Positions 52,510-63,580 of a DNA stretch of 64,000 bases are shown here, in pieces (the stretch's first letter is position 1; each line of letters opens with the position of its first letter). Source of the DNA: Amphiscolops sp. MND2022 (Eukaryota); assembly GCA_964187785.1 (NCBI GenBank), contig OZ076409.1:67148001-67212000 (forward strand), given 5' to 3'. Made by a program: the position numbers and the translations under genes. Under the pieces are notes generated by a model. It was not told where the DNA came from. It was given only the letters and a program-made list of their open reading frames with translations, and made no database searches.

Positions 52510-53913
52510 TTACACCTCTAACTTTAGGTTTTCTTCGAATTTGGTAACTGAGATATTACATTGAGGACTTGTTCTATTTTTGAGAAACTTGCTAAATGGG
52601 ATCCAAAACAGTAGACATGAGGTGAGAATCAAAAGGGAAACAGCAAGCATTGAACTGGGAATTCCCCAATATTGCGCAATTAGACCTCCAGTTACAAATG
52701 TTCCAGCAATACGACCCACACTGAAGACAAGCATAAGGAGCGGCGAAACTGTCGATCTGATTTGCGATAAGTCGGTGAAACCTTCGTTTTGGGCCGAAAT
52801 TTCCAAATTATAGAAGGCAGGAACAAATGAAGCCGCATGACATAACCCTTCCATGGATAGAACTCCAAGAAGTAGAACTTGATTGCGAAGAATGTCCACA
52901 TATTGGGCTGCAAAGAATGTGGAATAACCCAGTGAGGCAAAAAACTGGGCCAAGAGAGGGAGATGGAAAGAATAGCCATGTTGTGCTAGAACACCAACTA
53001 ATACAGTACCAATAGTGAAGCAAATTCCCATGGATAAAAAATAAAAACCGATACGATCATTATCGATTCCATAGTGATTATACAAGTACGGTCCCAGAAC
53101 CATATTAATACATCCCGAAGCGGCCGCGACTGTGAAAGTAGGCAAGAAACCGAACAAAATCACAGGGCGACTAAGAAAAGCGAACGTAGAGAACGATTTG
53201 TATGATCCGCTAGAACTGGATAAGGAAGCTTTCTTTTCCTCAGAATTGTATTTGACACTGAATTGTGTCTGGTTAGCAACTTCAGAGCTCGTTTCCGTGT
53301 CATTTTTAACATCCGAATACAATTTAGAATGCTGATACAAAAGAATCCAAATTACAACAATCAGGAGTATCTGAACCACTGCCATTGTCAGAAACGGAAA
53401 CACAAAACCACCGACTACATAAAGCAAACTCGCCACTACGGGTCCGACTAAGGATCCAACTCCAGTTCCAAATTCAGTGAAACTGGCAATTCTGGAGCCC
53501 CATTCTGGCATGATAGAACAAAGCATAGGTATTCCAGTGCCCGCCATGAACGAAGAAGTGACGCCTTGTATTGAACGTGTCACGAAACATGTAACAATGA
53601 ACCAATTGTCGGATAAAAACCACGCGGTACAACCGAAGACTGCAGATAAGACTGCGGAAGAGAGAGCTCCGAAGCAGAAATAATCATATTGGTTTGAGGG
53701 CGTAAATATGTAGGATCCCAACATGAAACCTAGAGTTCTGCTGACATCGAAAGACATTGTGATAGACGCAACTGCTTGAATGGATATTCCTTTATGGGTA
53801 ATAGCTTCCACAGGAAAAAGAGGCGCCACCAAAGAAAATAATATTCCATCGCTTATATAAAGCAAAACACCAAAAAGTACGATAGAACGCTTTAGTCCCA
53901 TGATTTCCACCAT
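52510..53913 (-). CDS. MFS transporter, SLC18B1 (vesicular polyamine transporter)-like, intronless, 467 aa
   Basis: About 12 hydrophobic segments; VAPLFPVEA, CFVTRSIQG and EFGTGVGSLVGPVVASLLYVVGGFVFPF resemble SLC18B1 blocks. Confidence 0.88.
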   Translation of the reverse strand: MVEIMGLKRSIVLFGVLLYISDGILFSLVAPLFPVEAITHKGISIQAVASITMSFDVSRTLGFMLGSYIFTPSNQYDYFCFGALSSAVLSAVFGCTAWFLSDNWFIVTCFVTRSIQGVTSSFMAGTGIPMLCSIMPEWGSRIASFTEFGTGVGSLVGPVVASLLYVVGGFVFPFLTMAVVQILLIVVIWILLYQHSKLYSDVKNDTETSSEVANQTQFSVKYNSEEKKASLSSSSGSYKSFSTFAFLSRPVILFGFLPTFTVAAASGCINMVLGPYLYNHYGIDNDRIGFYFLSMGICFTIGTVLVGVLAQHGYSFHLPLLAQFFASLGYSTFFAAQYVDILRNQVLLLGVLSMEGLCHAASFVPAFYNLEISAQNEGFTDLSQIRSTVSPLLMLVFSVGRIAGTFVTGGLIAQYWGIPSSMLAVSLLILTSCLLFWIPFSKFLKNRTSPQCNISVTKFEENLKLEV

Positions 53914-55694
53914 TTAAGCTGTATGAAGTTGATTGTTAACACAACAAAGAGTGTTGGCACAGAGTTCACCCAGTTTGAAGAGTTCAAATCTTCTGGCTCC
54001 AGTATTCTTTTGTGATCTTTTGATTTTCGAACTAATCTGTTTGATGTTAAATAAATTTTGTAAGTTTTACGATAAAAACAGCCAAAGGATCTGTTTTAGG
54101 ACTCACTCGAGCCATGTGACAAACTAAGAATTCATCTCAACAACGACTGGATTTAACGCGCGCGGCGACAACTCATATCACAAAATTAATTCCCATATCA
54201 GAAAAAAATTATTCGGAATAATTGTTTAATAAGGAAAATTTACTATTGATAAGTTATGATAATATCGTAACTTGATTCAATACTGATAAACGCATTGGAA
54301 AATCATTTCATCATTCGTCCCGGGAGAAATGCAAAAAATGAGAATTTTTCCCCGACAAAACTCCGTAAATAGCCTTTGTCAAACCTGATATGGATTGTCA
54401 CTATGCTAGTTCAAAGTACACCAGAGCATTGAACCAGCGCAAATGAACTTTCAAGAGTAATTCACATTCAGGTCACAGGTCTCAAAAGTTTTCAGCGAGC
54501 GATACCTTTTAAAGTGAGTTTGCCATTTGTATAATGTGACAGCCATAACAGCAGATTAGATTAACACTCACACAAAACAACATGGGTTCTCAACTTGCTA
54601 GAGCTATGTAATTAGAGAAGCAGTCCCATGTGAATCAAATTGATCTCCACTTCAAATATCTAAGCGAGGGAAGATGAAACTTACCCAAGATAAGGAACAT
54701 TTCACACCGAAGTCCTGAATTAAGTGGGATATTATCGAATAGTTTCGGCTGAATATATTGGCACAGAATCTGACGACAAGAATTGTACTAAAATTACTAT
54801 ACTTCCCGAAAATTCTCGGCAAAATATTCCATCGGACTGAGAAACTTTCAAAATTTCTTCCAAGGCGTATTATTAGATGCAAAAAAATGCAGTGCCACTG
54901 CGCCTCTTTTTCTTTAAAAGACGCGTGGTATTTCGAAGGGAATTTGCTTTTTTTCAAATATTTTTTTGGTTTGAAAAATTAACTTGAAAAGATACAAATG
55001 TAAGAATTAACAGATACAGGTATTCCGAGGTTTATTCGTAGCATAGAACCGTGATTTTGTGAAATACATTCCTCATTTCACCACTGCGAAATCCTATCGG
55101 TGGGTCAACTGTGGGAGCATACACAGTAGCATTTAACCGAAAGAGGGCCAATCTGGAATCGTCAAATGTGAATATCGAGACAAGATAACTTTGTAATTTC
55201 CTCTTGAAAGTGTCAAACGGCCAACCAAAGTTGACAAAGGAGACAGCTCATATTTTAAAACCGGCTAGAGAACAGGTAATTTGACCGTGAAGAGACAATC
55301 ATTGAAATTTAGGTTCGGAACAATTCAGTTCATTACAATACGCTGCAGGCTATGAAGGTCATGTAATCAGGACACACTACATGTGGCAACAACATAATAA
55401 ACAGTACAAACCGCATACGAACGAATTTTCAAAGGGGTTTCAAAGAGACTGTAAATGGATGAATAGTTAATAAAAAGCAGATCATCACAATGAAAGAACA
55501 ATACGAGAACGCCTAAAGTCGGCGCCATCTAAGGCTCAAAAGCAGTTTTTAAATTATGTGTAGGACGTTTTCATGAGAATGTCCTGTTTTCGAACCTCCG
55601 CTTCCTCCTCAGTGAAACGCAATATAGTTCGATTATAACGTCAAAAAGTAGGATATAGCACTTCACAATTAGCCTAATTGTTGAGATAAACTTG

Positions 55695-56103
55695 AACAAG
55701 CCGGGAACCGCATACGTCGGCAGCATATCTAATGCTCAAAAATGGCAAAAGGACTTCAAAGTGTCAAGTACTCTTTTACAGTACCTAAACAACCCAAAAA
55801 AAGTTGTAGCGAATTGGCGCGCTGAAAGAGGGACCCTTTCGGGTTTTTTTAACAACCATTGATGCAAAACACAAATATTTGAAGGGGGACCCTTTAAGAG
55901 ATTTTTTCGAAAAAGTCCCAACATGCCAAAAAACTGAAAAGAGGGCCTCTCTAAGTCTCGCCCGGAACTGTATGTTACGCGGAAATACAGGAAAAATTTT
56001 TTTGGTTCAGTAGAACTTTGTAGAACTATTTTGATAAGTTCATGTGGATTAAAAAAAAGTCAATATAACAGTCGCGTTTCACTTCATGAAGCGCCGACCA
56101 AAA
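55695..56103 (-). mobile_element. Family-A Helentron-like element
   Basis: AACAAGCCGGGAAC at left, GCGCCGACC at right. Confidence 0.7.
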
Positions 56104-56269
56104 CTTGCCGTGGCGGAGTGAGCATACGCTGTTTAATAGGTCAGCTCCAGGTGGTTTTGGTCCTTGTGTCTGCTATCACAGATTCTGTTTTGGGTAGCCC
56201 AATGGGAGATTTCAGAGGCAGACAAAAGAGTGGAAGCACTGCAACGCCCATTGAGCAAAATAAAATGGT

Positions 56270-58926
56270 TGACAGCGATGTGAAAAATGTATTACCACTT
56301 GATGACCAAAAAAGCAAAAAATATACAAATTGCCAACATGGAGGGCCAAATGAGACAAATGAAGATCAAAATTAACAAAATTGAACGATATCAACCCAAA
56401 GACTTTCTAATTTTCAGAAACCTGTCAGTCGGAAGTTATGGATCAATAATCGATGACACTGTTAATATTTATCAACCGAGTTATCAAAGTGGCCATTGAA
56501 CCAGCCAACCTTAAAGCGTGCCATTGTTTGGGGCCCATTTATTTCAAGGGGCAAACAAAAGGAATCGCGAAATTTCAACGAAAACAGAAATTGGAGCAAA
56601 GATACTTTTTGAAATTTTATCTTGCCATGAACAAGAACTCTCTACATTAGTGAACGCCTTATCAAATTTGACATGCACCTGAAAGAGGCAGCTGAAGCCG
56701 AATCTATTTGTTTCAATTAGAAATTCAGCTCCACGTGGAAGAAGACGGTATTCGAACCCAGCATGTTATCAATAGCTTCAAACATGCGATGCAACTGAAG
56801 AATGTGGCGGTTAAAAGGAAGCAGTTTGTGATGCCTACGTATGCGAAGTTGCCGATGTCTGACGCGGATAATTTGAAGACTCCGATGCCGACTCTTGAAA
56901 TAGCCGAAGTTGTTATCCCTGCCATGCCGCTAACAATCCGTGTGCCCACTATGAAAAGAGGTCGCGTGTTGATGCCTCATTCAAGACTGATATTAAAGAA
57001 TTACTGGAGGAGATAAATGATGGTGGCGGGACACTCACTTTCACAGTCCTTTGTGGTTGAGGAAAATGGAGATTTGAGCACTCAAAAAACTACAGGACAA
57101 CTTGACAAAACTTTTATCCAAAAAGGAGGAGTATGTCTCAGAATCTCACGTGTTTGAACGTTCGTAAACATTCGTTCTTTAAGTGAAGATCTCGATAAAC
57201 TACTGGCGCTACTAGTGTAGAAAACATTGTTGACTGCGCTGCTATGGTTACAGAGTTGACCGAAACATTGCTCGAAACGAACGACATGGCAAAGATGCTA
57301 AGGTTAAAGGGCATCACAAACAAATCATTTCCAATAGGGTTTGGGGTAAGTGAGGAGTATGATTTTACATCGATGAGAAACTCAAATTACGAGTAATTCT
57401 AAAAGACAACTACTAAAAGAATGGTTGCTGGAAGTTTTCTTGATTCCAAGCGATTTTAGATATTACTTATGTGAAAAGAGATATTCCAGAACTGAATATT
57501 GAGGATGGCTTCGCGATGAACTATCCTCAACTAAGTCGACAGCTGAAGCACTGATAAGTAAGGGCGACTCCAACAATGACCTTTTGGTTGAAAAATCTCG
57601 TTCAATCGAACATTAGATGTCAAGAAAGAGCACAATCTTGAACTGAGTTGTCCCTTGGAGGTAACGAGGGAGTTCAAAAAATCAGAACCCTGTCGGGGTC
57701 AAACATTCTCGGATACCATTGTTTTGCAGAAAAAAGTTATCAAGTGTAATAAATGGGATCATTATTTTGTTTGGACTAAATTCAATAGACTCTTTTCTGG
57801 ATGAATCGAGAATCTATATGAGTTTTCATATTCTATGCAAAAATTCACCTCAAGCACAATACAGGCTTAACCTGGAACTTTCGTTCGGAAATACAGATTG
57901 GGAAAATATCGTTCTGGAAGAGAGCTCTCAAAAACTTGATGAAACATTTCTCAACACCAGCAACCAATAATTCTCGCGTTTGAAATCAGTTCATCACCAA
58001 TTGAATTTGATAACTGGGAAAAGTAACGATGCTGTGTAACCACGGAAACAACTAAAATTGATACGTTTAATGATTTGACAAAAAGTTTTGTGGAAAGTTG
58101 GAAAGTTTGTACTTTACAAAAGTGATCAATTACATCAAGTTTGGAATCCGGAAAAAAAACAAGACACGACCCACTTGTTGTATTTTTCTTGATCTTTCTA
58201 AGGCATTCGATAGCATCCATCACGTCATCTTTTTGTCCAAGTTATTCAATTACGGTTTTCGAGGCCCAGTGCATCATCTTCTAAAATCATAGTTCAACAA
58301 ATCGTTCACACCGTTTAAAATGGCACGTGTAGACCGAAACTGAAACAAGTTGAATGCGGTGTACCACAGGGTCTGTTGTAGGTCCATTATTATTCATTTT
58401 ATATGTCAACTATGTACCTGACTTCGTACAAGCAAGTATCTAAATGTTTGCTGATGAAAATCTTCATCAAGAACTGCCATCCTTCCATCTGATGTGTTTC
58501 AAAGAGACGACCCGCAAAATTGAACTCTGGATGAATGGTAACAAACTCAAGTGCAATCTAAGGCACTAGTCTATGGTAGTAAGGTACCAACCGACCTTGG
58601 TTTTGATGTAGGAAAAACATCAAAGTTCTAACACGTCAATCAAAAGTAACGAATCAAAAGTAAACTACTAGTTTTCAACTACGTTGTATAGAGGTCACGT
58701 GAGTTTTTAATTAGATCTCAGTTGATTTTATTTTACAAGTTTCATATCAACCCCATGGTGCAGTATCGAGTACTGATTCATGTATGCACGTCTTGTTGAC
58801 AGCTGAGTTCCATTCTTAAAATACAGAAACGAATTAGAGTAACAATGTTTTCTTTGCAGAAATATGCGAGTTTCAGTGAAATCGTGCTTCGAAATGAACT
58901 TCCCACTGTTTATGAATTACATACTT
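56270..58926 (+). mobile_element. Heavily decayed CR1/L2-like LINE (ORF1, APE endonuclease, RT)
   Basis: ORF1-like ERYQPKDFLIFRN and LKACHCLG; RT motifs IFLDLSKAFDSI, YGFRG, CGVPQG, GPLLFILYVN, MFAD with many stops and frameshifts. Confidence 0.8.
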
Positions 58927-59796
58927 AACCAGAGCCGCATATGCGGTAAAGGAGTCGGCTTAAGTCTTTTTCCTTCTGACTCGCTTTCGTTCGAATCGTA
59001 TGGTTTGTGAGAAAATCGAAAAAAATCGAAAAATGACTGTTTTTTTGGCCATTTTTGGGCTAAATTTGGCTATGTTTCTCACATCTCAGCCATACGAATT
59101 TAATGAAATTGCACATAAAGGACCATAATATGGTGTAGAATGACTGTAGAAAATTTCGTTCGAATCGTATGGACAGTTTTTGAGAAAATCGAAAAAAAAT
59201 TGAAAAATGACTGTTTTTTGGCCATTTTCGGGCTAATTTTGGCTATGTTTCTCACATCCCAGCCATACGATTTTGATGCCACTGCACATATAGGACTCTA
59301 ATATGGTGTAGAATAACTGTAGAAAATTTCGTTCGAATCGTATGGACAGTTTTTGAGAAAATCGAAAAAAGTCGAAAAATGGCCGTTTTTTGGCCATTTT
59401 TGGGCTAATTTTGGCTATGTTTCTCACATCCCAGTCATACGATTTTGATGCCATTGCACATATAGGACTCTAATAGGGTGTAGAATAACTGTAGAAAATT
59501 TCGTTCGAATCGTATGGACAGTTTTTGAGAAAATCGAAAAAAGTCGAAAAATGACTGTTTTTAGGCCATTTTTGGGCTAATTTTGGCTGTTCTCACATCC
59601 AGGCCATACGATTTTGATGCTTTTGCACACGCAGGGGCCTCTTTGGGTGTAGAATGACTGTGCAAAATTTCGTTTAAATCGTATGGACAGTTTTTGAGAA
59701 ATTTGAAATTTTCATGAAAAGGTCGGGAGAAAAAAAAACAAAAAAAAAACAGCACGATTGCATAAGTAGTCGAAAATTTTTTCCGACTCCTAAAAA
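58927..59796 (-). mobile_element. Family-B Helentron-like element containing a ~171-bp tandem array (about 4.3 units)
   Basis: Anchor GTTCGAATCGTATGG (or a close variant) at 58989, 59158, 59331, 59503, 59672; subTIR AGGAGTCGG/CCGACTCCT. Confidence 0.85.
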
Positions 59797-59799
59797 TTA

Positions 59800-60500
59800 T
59801 TGAAGTTCACTTTCAATTTCCTGAGGCGAACACTTCCATCAGTCATTGATTGATATTTTGCGTCTTCATAGTGCCAATTAGAGTTTACGATCAGTAAATA
59901 GACAAGATGGCACAGTTCTATACGGAAGTATGAAGAAGTTATACCAGTCTTTGTCTAAAAGAATTACTTTGTTTTATATAAGACTCAATGCTGCTGCCGT
60001 GTTATCAACATTGGAGACAATCATGGATATGAGCGAGGTTCAGGTGAGTAATTTCAAACATGAATTTTGCAGGACCTCAATTTTGGGCAACAGCAATTTC
60101 GTTCAATCAATATTTGGACTCTCAAAAATCAAATAGCTGAATGATATGATAACGTGCTAATAGCACTCAGAATCTCCATATAGTAGATCTGTTCTTTTGT
60201 TGAGTTTGAAAAGCAAGTGAGCATTATTAATCAAATCGTTCCTTTTTCATTTTAATAAGAAATTCAACTTCAATGCCGTCGTTATGCAGGTCAAATGGTG
60301 GTACTCCCATCAAGGTTCCACAGTTGCTGATGTTTGGTACATAGCTATGGCGGAAAACTGATTGTACAAAATGATTCTGCACTTTCTGAGCGATGTTTTA
60401 ATTTTCCTCAAACCAAACAGGTGATGCATACAAGAGCTGCGGAACAATCATCCACGAGTGCAATGTGAGAATTGGAGAGGCTATCAACAAACTTAACTGA
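59800..60500 (-). pseudogene. Decayed non-LTR RT C-terminal fragment
   Basis: Minus strand near 60270-60450 reads IVPQLLYASPVW...QKVQN...GVPPFDL, a LINE RT thumb motif. Confidence 0.55.
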
Positions 60501-60557
60501 TGTTGACGAGCAATCAGGTCGCGATTTTAAATTTTATTGAATATATTAGTTGTCTAA

Positions 60558-61304
60558 GATGAAGCTAGATTAGACATCGAAGCAAACGGACTTTTCGATT
60601 CAAGATTCTGCCGAACCTTTTTCGATGTTAAAATCTTCAACCCATTCGCTAACTCCTGTCCGAAACAAATTCAAGAAGCATACAAACACCACGAAGCTTC
60701 AAAGAAACGCAAATACGAGCAACGTATCATAGATGTCGAAAATAGCTCTTTCAGCCCACTCGTGTTTGCGACTACAGGAGGAGCCGGACCGTCTGCGTCG
60801 AAAGTCATCACAAGGCTCGCGGTCAAGCTCAGCGACAAAACTACTGAGCCTTACGCCGATGTCGTAGGTTTTATCAGAACGAAGGTTAGTTTTGCACTTT
60901 TGAAGAGTTCAATTTTGTGTATTAGAGGATGTAGATCTCTTAAACGTACGGTCATTCAGACCGAGTCCTCTATGAGCGCGATCGTCGAAGAGGGGAGGCT
61001 CTCAAGCTCTCAGTAATTCTGTAACGAGCAAATTAATTTGTGAGATGCTGTTTTATAGACGAGCATATTCTTTGCGATTTGGTGTTTTGTTTTATAAATT
61101 AGTCCTCCGCTTGCCGATGTTTTCACATTTATTTTCACGGGACCGTTACTGACACTGCAAGGAGGCTCTGCAGCTTGCAGCGTTTCGACACCTTCCACTC
61201 CATTTTGACAAGCCCCCTCTGTAACCTGGGCCATACATACGTAGACCATTACCTTTCTGGTTTCGAGGCGCACGGTCCATATTTTTTTTAAATAATACAA
61301 AAAA
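60558..61304 (+). mobile_element. 5'-truncated CRE-clade LINE with A-tail and 18-bp TSD
   Basis: Open frame ARLDIEANG...TFFDVKIFNP...KKRKYEQR...PLVFATTGG...CIRGCRS; TSD AATATATTAGTTGTCTAA at 60540-60557 and 61305-61322. Confidence 0.9.
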
Positions 61305-61531
61305 AATATATTAGTTGTCTAATTGCTGGTTTCAAATTTATTCACATGGGCCGCCGTTGCTTACATTGTAAGGAGGCTATGCAGCTCAATCTTAAACAAT
61401 TGTTTTCAACTGTCCTCAAAAACAACAACATGCCCTTTATAATGGGCAATGACTTTTTGGAAATAGAAAATGACTTTAGTGAGCACACGGTCCCATTTAA
61501 ACTGTGTTTACAATAATAAATTGATATTCGA

Positions 61532-61891
61532 ATTTTCACAACCCGAAAGCTCAAAACCGCTCTTCCATCGCTGAAGTCACCTATCCCTAAGCTGTTCCTG
61601 AGTAACGTCGTCTACCAAATTACTTGTCCTGGGTGCCAGTCCAGCTACGTCGGGCAAACAACCCGCCACTTGACGACGAGAATTCAGGAACACGCCAGAC
61701 CAGCCAGCCCTGTGGGAAGTCACCTGAGGAACTGCTCGCAAACGATGCAAGATGCTGATGTTAACATTATCGACAGAACCAATAGCAACACCAAGCTACT
61801 CACTCTGGAAGCCCTTCACATATCCAGGAGAGCGCCGTCCATCAACCAGAAGGAGGAATACAGGACGCGCGAACTCACACTGAGAGTGTGA
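61532..61891 (+). mobile_element. Penelope-like element, GIY-YIG endonuclease C-terminal fragment
   Basis: NVVYQITCPGCQSSYVGQTTRHLTTRIQEH...LEALHI...PSIN. Confidence 0.9.
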
Positions 61892-62023
61892 TTTGTCATT
61901 GTTCCAATAAATCATTCGGCTTGATAATCTGTGTATCTATCCCATCTGTTTCAACTTTTTTCCACTTAATGGTGCTTTTTATTTTTAAAAGTTCATACAA
62001 CTTTTGCATTTGTATATTTTTTA

Positions 62024-62063
62024 GATTCTGATGATGGTCTACAAGACCGAAAACGTTTAAGTC
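62024..62063 (+). ncRNA. Minimal type I hammerhead ribozyme in the Penelope 3' pseudo-LTR
   Basis: GATT-CTGATGA-T-GGTC-tacaa-GACC-GAAA-ACGT-TTA-AGTC: catalytic core, 4-bp stem II, palindromic stem III. Confidence 0.75.
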
Positions 62064-62247
62064 AACTTTTCGATATCAATCTTCTTTTTCCTGATATTCG
62101 AATCATCGATTGCTGGGTATACCAACATCTACAATCCTGTTTACAGCGATTCGTAAAATGACAACGGAATCAACAAACAAATTTCGAAATTATTAAAAGC
62201 AGTTCATTCAAGTAGTTAACAGCCGAGATAGAAACAATCAAACTAAC

Positions 62248-62415
62248 TTTTCCAACATAGAATGGAGTCCCAAGATACCCCGGTACGCCTTCAGGATAAG
62301 CGGAGTTCAAAATCCACAGAATATGATGTGCGGCCTGTGCTTTCGCAGGATCGTACACTTCATGAGGCAAGATTCTTATGCAGTCATCACCCTTGCAGTC
62401 TTTGGTCATTTCCAT
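62248..62415 (-). CDS. CAMSAP: CAMSAP/Patronin first coding exon
   Basis: ILPHEVYDPAKAQAAHHILWILNSAYPEGVPGYLGTPFY resembles IKPFDHYDFSRAKIACNLAWLVAKAF...VPEELQEPFY; donor AAA|GTTAGT phase 0. Confidence 0.88.
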
Positions 62416-63150
62416 TTGTAGGGAAAATCACTTTAAAACACTCATAAGGCATACCAGAATGTCTTTTCAGTTGATTGATAATGGATACATAGCAAAAATG
62501 CTATGCATAACGTATCTGAAGTGAATTTGATTTCCAACAGAGGATGAACTCATAAATCTATACAGTAGCGTACCAAAAGTTTAGGCACAGCTAGTATCTT
62601 GAGATTTATCGAATTTTTGGGTACAAATGCAAACTTTCAGTAGAAATATATGGTTCGGTGTTTAATCATGGTACCCTAGTTTTAGTAAAATTCAGTTCAA
62701 TGTGCTGTTTTACATTCATTACTTCCTGAAGACATAGATCGTCGTCATCAATCTGGTGTCACGTAAGTCATCATGTAGTGGGGATGACAAACACCTGTTG
62801 TCTGCAAACAAAAGGAAACAAGATAATAAAAGACAGCACAACTAATCATGCCAGCTACTATCCCAGTCAACCGACAGACCCAGAACGAAAAAAACCCACG
62901 TTGATCGTCGAGTTAGAAAAAAATTATATAGGTCCCAACAAACAGTACTATATGAAATCTTTAAAGATTTTTCTGTCGCGTACTGTTCCCAGGCAACATG
63001 CGGCATTGCCGACTTGTAGAGTCATTGAGATCAGTGCATTGTACACGATATACGAAAAACAAAACGCCTGCAAATCACCGGGATATTTTCCCCTTTTTCG
63101 CCTTCACCACACTGAGCCATAGCAATTTTGGGGAATAGGATTTAAGAATT

Positions 63151-63580
63151 GGGTCCAGTTTGAGAAATTCTACAAACTGGTCCTGGTGGTCCAGTTTGTA
63201 GAATTTTTTTTCTACAAACTGGATCATTAAATTCTACAAAGGATACGGGACAATTTGCCGAAAGAGAGTTCGACCTGTTCGAGACAGTCTTTGCTCCTGT
63301 TCGACCTCGCCCAGCTAGATGAGAACGTAAGCGGCCCCAAGGGGCCGCGGGGCACTAGAGGAAATGGGGACAAATCCGAGGCACGTTTTATACTTTGCAT
63401 CATTCCCACAATATTGGTCTTATTGTTTTTCTTCAATTCCAGAATTCTACAAATTGGACGAAACCAGTTTGTAGAAAACAAATTTGTAGAATCCAGTTTG
63501 TAGAAAAAAATTCTACAAACTGGATCTCACTTTTTTACAAACTGGATTCTACAAACTGGTTTTTTTACAAACTGGTCCCA
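63151..63580. repeat. MITE-like element built from CCAGTTTGTAGAA / TTCTACAAACTGG motifs in both orientations
   Basis: GGGTCCAGTTTG...CAAACTGGTCCC ends; motif repeated more than 10 times. Confidence 0.55.

Noticed and set aside
62724..62800. Possible upstream CAMSAP exon
   Set aside because: Acceptor and donor-like sites exist but no convincing acceptor or frame links it to 62415; at most a UTR exon
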